Part shown: piece after piece, positions 41,713 through 49,997 of the stretch
Numbering within the stretch: position 1 is the first letter of the stretch
Layout of the letters: each line of letters opens with the position of its first letter
Virus record (IMG/VR): IMGVR_UViG_3300035181_002344
DNA from: a virus
Length of the DNA: 64,000 bases
Strand: one strand, 5' to 3'
Notes under the pieces: generated by a model
Seen by the model: the letters and a program-made list of their open reading frames with translations, nothing else
The model's database searches: none
What the model was told of the DNA's origin: nothing
Position numbers and translations under genes: made by a program

Positions 41713-42084
41713 TTATTCATTTTTATGTTTGTATTTATATAATTCAATTATAATTTTTGGCAATTCGTGTCCATACACATCAGATTTGCAATATATTTTA
41801 TCAAAACAATTACAATCTTCTGGTAATTGCTCCATTAAATATGCCGTATATCCTACTATTAAGCTTTTAACATCTCTGCTCTTTAATTCATTTGCAATAG
41901 TACAACCATCGTTTTTTGGCATATTAATATCACTAATTATCACATCGTAGTCATTAGTTAGCGATAGTTCAATTCCTTCTTCAACATCTTTAGCAAAATC
42001 TGGTTTGATATCATATTTTCTAAATGCTAATCGAAGCATCATTAACATTGATTCATCGTCGTCAATTATTAGCACTTTTATCAT
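41713..42084 (-). CDS. Stand-alone response regulator receiver (CheY-like; likely start 42084)
   Basis: VLIIDDD, SDINMP..DG, YTA and K motifs intact. Confidence 0.88.
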   Translation of the reverse strand: MIKVLIIDDDESMLMMLRLAFRKYDIKPDFAKDVEEGIELSLTNDYDVIISDINMPKNDGCTIANELKSRDVKSLIVGYTAYLMEQLPEDCNCFDKIYCKSDVYGHELPKIIIELYKYKHKNE

Positions 42085-42262
42085 GTTTATTAGACCTGCA
42101 TTGTTTATGATATGATTGATATTCAGTATCTTGATCATCACCTATTATTTCGCGTATATGTTCTTCATTGCTTCTAATCCACGTGTGGCATATAGAACAT
42201 TTACGAGCTAATGGGCTTTTTACCAAAAGTAAGTTTTTATTTATCTTTTTTATTATTTGCAT
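42062..42262 (-). CDS. Small Zn-finger protein
   Basis: CSIC...YHKQC. Confidence 0.45.
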   Translation of the reverse strand: MQIIKKINKNLLLVKSPLARKCSICHTWIRSNEEHIREIIGDDQDTEYQSYHKQCRSNKHDKSANN

Positions 42263-42285
42263 TATACAATAGCCATTGATTTGAG

Positions 42286-42316
42286 AAAAAAAACTAAGTG
42301 GCATATAGCCACTTAG
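42286..42316 (-). terminator. Intrinsic terminator
   Basis: CTAAGTGGC/GCCACTTAG 9-bp stem followed by T8 on the minus strand. Confidence 0.8.
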
Positions 42317-42381
42317 CAGGAGATGTCAGTTAAGGTTGGGGAGAACCATATGAAAGCACTGACAAAATGATGAACATGTGT

Positions 42382-42603
42382 TCAATAAATATTTAATTCT
42401 TTAATGTAAGCTAAATCTTCATCGCTAATATTAATATTGATTTCGTCAATATTAATATCGATGCCGATTGTACCTCTATCGGCTTTATTGTCTATTACCG
42501 CTATTTCGTTAATTGCTTTATGTACGGCCTCTCTTAGTGAATTCGCTTCAACAGCTAATACAACTGACCGCTCATATTTAATTGGAATATTGTAAAATCT
42601 CAT
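42382..42603 (-). CDS. Hypothetical protein
   Basis: 73-aa ORF with V.VEA.SL.EA motif common in small phage proteins. Confidence 0.6.
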   Translation of the reverse strand: MRFYNIPIKYERSVVLAVEANSLREAVHKAINEIAVIDNKADRGTIGIDINIDEININISDEDLAYIKELNIY

Positions 42604-42691
42604 AGTATTTCTATATTAGTTAAAATGTAATTTATTTTTTTTTGGTGTATTTTCAATGTAAACGCCAAAGGTTTAAACTTATTTTCGTCTT

Positions 42692-43040
42692 AAAAAGTTC
42701 CTTTATACCCCGATTTCTCGGGGTTTAAAAGGAAGACCGTGATACGGCTATTCGCCCTTATGGGCTCTAACAAGCCAGTTATACCACACAGCAGCAGCCG
42801 TTGCTGGCATTTATGACAGCAACAGCCGCTGCTGTTAATTGCTAAGCCATTATTGTTTAATGGTTTCCTCTTAGGCTCCTTTGCAGGAGCCCATCAAAGG
42901 AATCGTGCGACGCACTGTTACTACCAGGACTCTTCGAATCCATCGTGCGGTGTCCATGGTAGAGATCTAGATCCAATGCATCCTATACAGCTACAACTAC
43001 GGTTGTAGCTGTTGCTGATTATGTCTCAGATGTTCTGAGT
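42692..43040 (-). ncRNA. Candidate ~350-nt structured ncRNA, family unknown
   Basis: ORF-free, GC-enriched gap with at least 7 stems; GCAA and GAAA tetraloops and most G-U pairs favour the minus strand; ends in a hairpin plus U-tract. Confidence 0.65.
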
Positions 43041-43066
43041 TTTTCATTTTCTTTAATAATTCATTT

Positions 43067-45850
43067 TCAACCACAGCCTGTTGTTTCACCACAGCTTAAA
43101 CATGTATTGCATTTACCGGTCTTTACCATCAAGCCGCCACAGATATGGCAAACTTCACCAGTGTGGATGCTTTTTTGTTCTTCGTGTTTTTCTTGTATTT
43201 CAGGCTGAATTGATATTTGTTCTTCGCTTACTTTATCCTGGCTATCTGGGTTTTCTTGTTTATCGAGATAATTGAACATTAAGAATTTGCTTATGTAATC
43301 AATAACACTCGTAGCAAAGCGGATATCGGCGTTTGTTGTAATTCCTGATGGTTCAAATTTAGTGTTTAAGAATTTCTGGGTCATAAATTCTAATGGTACA
43401 CCATATTGTAGTGCAATACTAAACATCGTTGCCCAGCTATCCATGAGTCCAGAAATTGTTGAGCCTTCTTTAGACATATTAACAAATATTTCGCCAGGTT
43501 TATTATCGTCATAGAATCCAACTGTTAAGAATCCTTTGAATCCGCCGATACTAAATTTATGCGTAATTGACTTTCTAGTATTTGGCAGCTTCTTTCTTAT
43601 TGGTTTTGGTCTTCCATTTGATAATCCGTCTTGGACTATTTCCACGGTTTGTTTTTCGCTTTTTGTATTTAATGGTTGACTGGATTTACAGCCGTCTCTA
43701 TAAATTGCTAAAGCTTTTAGATCTTTGTGATATGCCATTTTATAGGCTTCCATGACATCTTCTATGGTTGCCGAATTTGGCATATTAACAGTTTTGCTAA
43801 TAGCACCAGACAAGAATGGTTGAATGGCTGCCATCATATTAATATGGCCTTGCCATGGTATATTTTCACCAGTTCCAAATGATGTGGCAAATATACTTCT
43901 ATGTTCTGGTGCTATTGCTGTATCGCTAACTAATTTATTTTTCTCAATATCTGTAAGTATCGATTGTATAGTTTTTTCTTCATATCCTAATGTTTCTAAG
44001 GCGTATCTTATTGATGGGATTGTTAAGATTAATTCTCCGCCGCCGACTAATTTTTTATAGCTTACTAAACCTAATACTGGTTCAACTCCTGTTGTTTCAC
44101 AATCCATCATAAAACTAATTGTTCCCGTCGGTGCTAACACTGTTACTTGAGCATTTCGCATTGGTATAAAATTGCCCGAAGCATCACGCTCTGTAACTGT
44201 TTTAATTTGTTCTATTGCTTTATCTGTAATATCAGATAAATATTTGTCATCGGGGTGCAAAATTGATATTCTATTTTGTAAAACTAGTGTAGCATCATAA
44301 TGTTTACGTAAAACATTAGCCATTGCTTCTGCATTTTTCTCCCATTCTTCAAATGCACCTAATTCTTTGCCTAACTCACCAGATGTTGCATATGAAGTAT
44401 TATGTATAAGTGCAGAAATTGCTGCTGCTAAATTTCTTGCTTTATGCGAATCATATGGTAATCCATAACTTAATAATAGAGCACCTAAATTTGTAAAACC
44501 TAAGCCGATAGTACGATATTTCTTAGTTTCGGTGGCTATTTTCTCTGTAGGATATGCTGCTTCGCTGATCCATATATCTTTGGCCACAGTTGCTATACGA
44601 GATGCATGTATTAGGCCATCAATATCGAAACTATTAATCCAAGCGTTATCTACTTTTTTATGTGAGAAAAACTTCATTAAATTTAATGAGCCTAAATTAC
44701 ATGATGTATCGTCTAAAAACATGTATTCGCTACATGGATTTGAAGCAGTGATTGTTCCGCTATTTGGGCATGTATGCCATTCGTTAATCGTATCGTGAAA
44801 TTGAATGCCTGGATCTCCTGTTAGCCATGCGCATTCTGCTGCTTCTTTAAATAGATTTTTGGCCTTTAGCCATTCAATAACTTTATATCCGCCTTCTTTT
44901 TTCAGGAGCCAAGAATCATCTTTGCTTCTATAAAATTGTCCTTGTGCATTTGCATAATTTGGATCAAATTCCACTGCCGTTGGATATCTTTCTAATAAAG
45001 CCCAATCTTGATCTTTTTCTACAGCTTCCATAAAAGCATTTGTAGCTCTTATTGATTGATTGCTGTTCTGAAAATATACGCTGCCATAAGCACCTTTTGG
45101 ATCGTCAAATCTATTATTCCAACCAGCTGCAATTAGTGCTTGAACTTTCTTCTCTTCTTCTGCTTTTTGCCAAATGAATTCTCTAATATCTCCATGATCC
45201 ACATTAAGAATTTCCATTTTGGCTGCTCGTCTATTTTTGCCTCCAGACTTAGTTACATTAGCTACGGCATCATAAATTTTCATAAAACTATTAGGTCCAG
45301 AAGCTTTTCCGCCGCCAGATACACCTTCTCTTGAGCTTCTAAGTTTGCTTCTGTTGCTGCCAGCGCCTGAGCCGCCACGGAATACCTGCATTTCAACAGC
45401 TGCATTTGCACCTATTGATTCAATTGTATCTTCTGCTGATATAATAAAGCAAGCGGATACTTGTTGTCTAGACCATGGGTTTCCTATGTTAAACCATACA
45501 GGAGAATTAAATGAATACATTTGATATAAAAGCATATACGTTAATTCTTCTGCATAGATTGTCTTATCTTCATCGCTTGTAAAATAACCTTGCTTTTGTC
45601 CCCATTGGACATTTGTATTTACTACGCGATTTATTAATTGTTTAAGAGAATATTCTCTTTCTTCTGTGTTTAATTTCCCGCAAAAATATTTACTTGCTAT
45701 AATATTTATTGCGTTTTGCGAATAGAAATCTGGGAATTCTACCTTTTCTTGTTTGAATTGAGATCCAGGAATTTCTGCATCTACTGTTATCCAATTCACT
45801 GTGTCAAATGGATGAACTCCTTCTTTAGTAAATCGACGATTAAACTGCAT
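43067..45850 (-). CDS. nrdJ: Class II (B12-dependent) ribonucleotide reductase with C-terminal TSCPD and Zn ribbon
   Basis: FNSP, SACF, GG..RRAA.M, NPCSEY, CNLGSLN, APTGTIS, ISKTVNMP, YRDG. Confidence 0.95.
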   Translation of the reverse strand: MQFNRRFTKEGVHPFDTVNWITVDAEIPGSQFKQEKVEFPDFYSQNAINIIASKYFCGKLNTEEREYSLKQLINRVVNTNVQWGQKQGYFTSDEDKTIYAEELTYMLLYQMYSFNSPVWFNIGNPWSRQQVSACFIISAEDTIESIGANAAVEMQVFRGGSGAGSNRSKLRSSREGVSGGGKASGPNSFMKIYDAVANVTKSGGKNRRAAKMEILNVDHGDIREFIWQKAEEEKKVQALIAAGWNNRFDDPKGAYGSVYFQNSNQSIRATNAFMEAVEKDQDWALLERYPTAVEFDPNYANAQGQFYRSKDDSWLLKKEGGYKVIEWLKAKNLFKEAAECAWLTGDPGIQFHDTINEWHTCPNSGTITASNPCSEYMFLDDTSCNLGSLNLMKFFSHKKVDNAWINSFDIDGLIHASRIATVAKDIWISEAAYPTEKIATETKKYRTIGLGFTNLGALLLSYGLPYDSHKARNLAAAISALIHNTSYATSGELGKELGAFEEWEKNAEAMANVLRKHYDATLVLQNRISILHPDDKYLSDITDKAIEQIKTVTERDASGNFIPMRNAQVTVLAPTGTISFMMDCETTGVEPVLGLVSYKKLVGGGELILTIPSIRYALETLGYEEKTIQSILTDIEKNKLVSDTAIAPEHRSIFATSFGTGENIPWQGHINMMAAIQPFLSGAISKTVNMPNSATIEDVMEAYKMAYHKDLKALAIYRDGCKSSQPLNTKSEKQTVEIVQDGLSNGRPKPIRKKLPNTRKSITHKFSIGGFKGFLTVGFYDDNKPGEIFVNMSKEGSTISGLMDSWATMFSIALQYGVPLEFMTQKFLNTKFEPSGITTNADIRFATSVIDYISKFLMFNYLDKQENPDSQDKVSEEQISIQPEIQEKHEEQKSIHTGEVCHICGGLMVKTGKCNTCLSCGETTGCG

Positions 45851-45861
45851 TATTTCTCCTT

Positions 45862-46395
45862 TTAATCTTGAGTTGGTAATATCCGAGTGATATTTTTCAT
45901 TTCACTCATAGTTGCGTTCGCTAACACTTCAAGATTTGAAGCAATAGAGCGAAGTTTTTTTAGCTGTAACTCAAAGAATTCAACTGTTATTTTGCCAAGT
46001 TCAACCTCTACATAGTCATTTACGTATTCACCTCTGGCTAGAGATTCTGCCTTGGTTCTGGTTTTTATCGTTCTATCACTACTTAATAACCTCGCAGATT
46101 TATCTTCGATTTGTTTAGTAACAAAAGCAGATAGAGTTTCTGAACTGAATTTTAATTCAGAATGTATATCAGCACACATTTCTATTTTTCTAGATATATC
46201 GCTGATAAGATATTTAAGTGTGGCAAAATCTGGTTTTTCTGGAATTGGCACAGAAAAATATAGTGTCCACTCTCTAATGCTTTTGCCTTTGAATTTAATT
46301 TGCGTTGTAAAAAACTGCGAGTTTCTACCAAAATTCTCGAAATGAGCTATGTTGGTTTCGCTTATGGCTGTATTTAAATTTTTATTTTCTTCCAT
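45862..46395 (-). CDS. Helical hypothetical protein (likely start 46395)
   Basis: GAGG RBS before ATG 46395; coiled-coil character. Confidence 0.55.
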   Translation of the reverse strand: MEENKNLNTAISETNIAHFENFGRNSQFFTTQIKFKGKSIREWTLYFSVPIPEKPDFATLKYLISDISRKIEMCADIHSELKFSSETLSAFVTKQIEDKSARLLSSDRTIKTRTKAESLARGEYVNDYVEVELGKITVEFFELQLKKLRSIASNLEVLANATMSEMKNITRILPTQD

Positions 46396-46417
46396 TGTAA
46401 AATCCTCTGTTTTCCAA

Positions 46418-46630
46418 CATGCCTCCACTTTGCGATGGAGGCTTATGGACTACCTCATCTCTGTTGTCTTTTAAACGAGAAGTCCTTTCTCGTTTTAGTC
46501 GCTTGAATGAATTTGCATTCAAGTGAGCATCAGCGTTAGTTCCCTATGCTCGTTCTTCCCTAGCGTCGTGAACTAATTATATAGCCAGCACGAGCAATTT
46601 CGTGAACAGACCATATAATTAGCACGCGCT
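46418..46630 (-). ncRNA. Structured RNA with group I intron-like catalytic core
   Basis: P7 G-C(bulge)-GACUA/UAGUCC, AAAUUGC J3/4-P4, P9 hairpin and terminal G; P1 and P6 not convincingly found. Confidence 0.45.
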
Positions 46631-47213
46631 ATTTAATTTCATAGAAATGAGCTTTGTCGAATTCAAATAATTGTCTTGCATATATCAAGACTATGAATTC
46701 CTCGTATGTTAAAGAGAAATCTTCGGTTGGATTTAATTCTTCTGGGCGAATTTCAAGTACTATATTTGCTGGTTTTAACCGAAGTTTAATAACTTGACGT
46801 TTTGTTTTCTTCTTAAATAAATTACCTAAAGCTTTTTCTAATGTCGGCGGAAAAAATTTCATGTCTATTTCTGAAGATATAAAATGCTTAGCTTTATATT
46901 CTTGCAATTTCTCAATTAATTCATTCTTCAGATTTGTTGACGACATATATACTTTAGGCGTTGGAATAACAAACTCTGGCTTATATTTATCTTGTATAAA
47001 CTCTTTACCATAGATTTTTTCTACTTTGCTAACAATCGCTGCCTTGCTTTTAACTTGATCATGTACCCAAAAAATATCATGCTGACTAGCACTATCTTTA
47101 TCTGGTAAATTACTAACATCATATAATCCAAATGGAATTCCGATATTTTCAAATGTTTGTCTTACGGTATCCATGTCAATATCGGATAAATTACTTGTAA
47201 ATACTAGTATCAT
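46629..47213 (-). CDS. Hypothetical protein
   Basis: TAATG-coupled ORF. Confidence 0.55.
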   Translation of the reverse strand: MILVFTSNLSDIDMDTVRQTFENIGIPFGLYDVSNLPDKDSASQHDIFWVHDQVKSKAAIVSKVEKIYGKEFIQDKYKPEFVIPTPKVYMSSTNLKNELIEKLQEYKAKHFISSEIDMKFFPPTLEKALGNLFKKKTKRQVIKLRLKPANIVLEIRPEELNPTEDFSLTYEEFIVLIYARQLFEFDKAHFYEIK

Positions 47214-48058
47214 TATTCCACCGTATTAAATATTTCGACCATAGTAACGCTTAACATCTTACCTAAAATAGCTCTATAAACAGCCTCTGGATTATTGTAT
47301 TTGTCCACAGTTGGTATTCTAAAATCATATACAGGCCTGTTTACAATAACCGGAGCTGGAGTTTTTCTTGTTCTTTTACTTGTTTTCTTTTGAATAGTTT
47401 GTATTTCGACGGATTCTGCTGTTTCTTTCTCTAAAGTTGTTTCTTCGCTTAAATTCTCAATTTCGGTTTTCAATGATACTCCAAATAATGTCGTTAATCC
47501 ATCCCAAGTTCTAAATTTTAGATTTTCTAGTTTTAGCACCTCTGCACTAATTGATTTTGGCAGGTTTGAATAATACTCCCATATCCCATTTGCAAACATT
47601 TCTTCTGTGCCATTTGGATCCTTAAAGGTTGGAATAAGGCCTAAGTCGATATCAAGGCCAAGAGTACCGCCGATTACATTAATATGATTTGTTAAGAATT
47701 GGTCGGTATTTTCAAATGTAATAGCTTGTATATATTCAGGATCGATTTTTCCTATTACACGGTAATACTCAATATCGCCTATTTCAGTTGGTTCGATTGA
47801 TAACTTTAGCTGCGGGAAATTAATATTATTCCATACATTTTGATTAGCATTATCATTGTAGTTTACAAGGTTTAATTTCTTTCCTTCAATCATAATGCGA
47901 ACAATAGATTCATAAATCTTTTGTCGGTTATTTTTTGTTGCACCTGAAAGATAGAAGCCAAAACGCTTTGTATCATCATGGTATTTTATGCTATATCTTC
48001 CTGGAGTAATTTCTCCTGCTCTATCTGCGACTCTGCATTTATACATTGTTGGCTCCAA
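47213..48058 (-). CDS. Hypothetical protein
   Basis: 281-aa ORF. Confidence 0.55.
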   Translation of the reverse strand: MEPTMYKCRVADRAGEITPGRYSIKYHDDTKRFGFYLSGATKNNRQKIYESIVRIMIEGKKLNLVNYNDNANQNVWNNINFPQLKLSIEPTEIGDIEYYRVIGKIDPEYIQAITFENTDQFLTNHINVIGGTLGLDIDLGLIPTFKDPNGTEEMFANGIWEYYSNLPKSISAEVLKLENLKFRTWDGLTTLFGVSLKTEIENLSEETTLEKETAESVEIQTIQKKTSKRTRKTPAPVIVNRPVYDFRIPTVDKYNNPEAVYRAILGKMLSVTMVEIFNTVE

Positions 48059-48417
48059 AAATTAATTAATATTTGTGCTTGTATTTGCGCAACTCTTATT
48101 ATACTTGCATCTATATCTAAAACAAAGTTTGTGGCAATGACAATTATATCGTCTTCTTTTGCTCTAGCAATATCATTTTTAACGATATTAAGCAAAGACT
48201 CTTTGTCTGAAGATATTTTTAATTCTTCGCCTACACGATATAGATAATACTTGTTTCCGTCTTCTGTTTCTTCTTCGAAGAATATATAATAAGTTGCTTT
48301 TCGATCGCCTATTAGCGTATTTACTATAGAATTAAAAAGCCGAGGATTTTCTCGGCCTTTGAATTCCATTAATTGCTCAAAATACGCCCACATAGGCATA
48401 TTAATAAGAGCATTCAT
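47986..48417 (-). CDS. Hypothetical protein
   Basis: AAGGAG RBS; operon-packed. Confidence 0.55.
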   Translation of the reverse strand: MNALINMPMWAYFEQLMEFKGRENPRLFNSIVNTLIGDRKATYYIFFEEETEDGNKYYLYRVGEELKISSDKESLLNIVKNDIARAKEDDIIVIATNFVLDIDASIIRVAQIQAQILINFWSQQCINAESQIEQEKLLQEDIA

Positions 48418-48418
48418 T

Positions 48419-48892
48419 TTAATCTCCTTCTACAATAGCATTTTCTACGCCAAGGATAATATTTTGGTTATCTTCAATAAAACGCTTTAACATCAAAAAT
48501 TCTCCCATTGTTAATGGCACTGATACTTTAAGATCACCAGAGAAGAATGTTATAAAAAATGTTCCCGGATTTTGTCCTGATGCTATCATTAATTTTTTGT
48601 AAATAGCTTGTTCGTCTGCTTTGCCTGCATTTGGATTATGCACTAAGTCTAATTTCATTTCTTGTCCGCGTTGATAATTATATATAGCATTATAGAATAG
48701 CGGATAGTCATTTGAACTAAAAGCAAATGTTATTTTTTTGCTCCAATCATAGACTTTGTCTTTTCCTGGTATTGCGTTTGCGACATTAAATAATAAAGCA
48801 CCTTGTTTTTGTAGAAAGCCATTATTTGCTTTGGCTCTTATAATATCGCATTGTAAGGCTGCACTTTTTTTGTAGATTTGAAAATGATTCAT
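48419..48892 (-). CDS. Whirly-family ssDNA-binding protein
   Basis: YKKSAAL, YDWSKKITFAFS, HNP..GKADE...KKL, VPLT.GEF match the plant Whirly motifs YKGKAAL, YDWSRKQVFSLS, HDP..GKSDE...KVL, IPVT.AEF as recalled. Confidence 0.8.
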   Translation of the reverse strand: MNHFQIYKKSAALQCDIIRAKANNGFLQKQGALLFNVANAIPGKDKVYDWSKKITFAFSSNDYPLFYNAIYNYQRGQEMKLDLVHNPNAGKADEQAIYKKLMIASGQNPGTFFITFFSGDLKVSVPLTMGEFLMLKRFIEDNQNIILGVENAIVEGD

Positions 48893-48893
48893 C

Positions 48894-49154
48894 TTATTCT
48901 TCCTTATTTGTATTATCTTGTTTATAGCTATCGGGTCCCATTAATTTATATAAGTTTTCATGTGGGACTGGTTCTCTTTTGCCTGTGAATTTTCCTCGTT
49001 TTTCTGGATCTAAATGATCACGAGAATAGAAGATAGCGCCACAATTTAGACAAGCTTCATCTGCGTCAAAAGCTTTCCATATTTTGTTAACTTTGTCGCT
49101 ACCACAAAACGGGCATTTGTTATCGAGAATATTTGGTGTTGTGTCAGTTGTCAT
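48894..49154 (-). CDS. Zn-ribbon protein
   Basis: CPFCGS...CLNCG; start overlaps RT stop. Confidence 0.65.
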   Translation of the reverse strand: MTTDTTPNILDNKCPFCGSDKVNKIWKAFDADEACLNCGAIFYSRDHLDPEKRGKFTGKREPVPHENLYKLMGPDSYKQDNTNKEE

Positions 49155-49992
49155 TTAAGATTCTCCGTGCAAGTTTTTGTAAATAAAAATAGTTTTTCTT
49201 GTTATCTGCTAGATTAAGTTGTTCGATTTTTCCACGTATATGCGGATTGATCTGACGAATATTAATTAGCTCTTTGATAATGTTCTGAATATATTGACGC
49301 TCAATATTTCGTTTAACATTAACCACGATGCCTAAAACTAATTGTCTTTGATAATAAGGCATCACTTTACTTTTTCGTAAGTTTAGTTCGAAACCATATC
49401 GCTTACAAATATCGTTAATAATCGATATAGTTTCTTTTGGAACAGAGTTACCAGAGATATATAGATTATCTCCATAATTTGAATAACTCCATTGGTTTCG
49501 ATCGCATATTTCCTGTATACTAACATCAATCGGTTGTCGTATAGCATTAGCGATATGTGGAGATGTTATGAAACCTTGTGGAAGTTTTCCATTGTACGTT
49601 AATAATTCAATAAAATCTTGTAAATCAATGTTAAGCAAATTAAGTAACTCGGGGATTTTCTGATTATAAACAAATAGCCCGATTAGATGATCTTTCGTAA
49701 TGTTATCATAGAAATTCTTAATATCGGCTTCTAAAACGTATCGTTTGCCAACATGAATATTAGCACAGTCTCCCCTTGATCTTCCTTTTATCCAAGCATA
49801 GCTTGCATGATGAATATTAAAAACATTGTTATCAATGAAATAGTCAAGAATATATTTCTGTGCCTTTTTATATTCTGAATTTGGAGCAATAATATGACGA
49901 CGTTTTATTTTGCCTTTCTTTTTTCTATGCTGCACATACGTTGATACATAATTTGCTTTATTGGCAAGTATATTCTTTATAAGCTGACGCAT
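49144..49992 (-). CDS. Minimal retron-type reverse transcriptase with YGDN motif
   Basis: R.I.AP...K..Q, CANIH (NAxxH region X), ADIKNFYDNI, LPQG..TSP.IAN, YGDN, N..K, VLGIVVN (VTG region Y). Confidence 0.9.
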   Translation of the reverse strand: MRQLIKNILANKANYVSTYVQHRKKKGKIKRRHIIAPNSEYKKAQKYILDYFIDNNVFNIHHASYAWIKGRSRGDCANIHVGKRYVLEADIKNFYDNITKDHLIGLFVYNQKIPELLNLLNIDLQDFIELLTYNGKLPQGFITSPHIANAIRQPIDVSIQEICDRNQWSYSNYGDNLYISGNSVPKETISIINDICKRYGFELNLRKSKVMPYYQRQLVLGIVVNVKRNIERQYIQNIIKELINIRQINPHIRGKIEQLNLADNKKNYFYLQKLARRILNDN

Positions 49993-49997
49993 GTTAT

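Noticed and set aside
42692-43040. tRNA, tmRNA, cobalamin riboswitch or group II domain V
   Set aside because: TTCGAATCC and AGCCGTAT fragments occur but no cloverleaf, tag ORF, B12 box or full domain V can be built
41172-46539. Shared 10-mer TCAGCGTTAG in two structured gaps (41172 and 46530)
   Set aside because: Too short to distinguish from chance and in different structural contexts
46520-46560. TnpB omega-RNA/IS605 remnant (GGGAACTAACGCTG)
   Set aside because: Only a short resemblance; no tnpB or transposase remnant nearby
49144-49992. Diversity-generating retroelement or group II intron RT
   Set aside because: Motifs are retron-type; I saw no TR/VR pair with adenine-specific mismatches, no maturase domain and no flanking intron RNA
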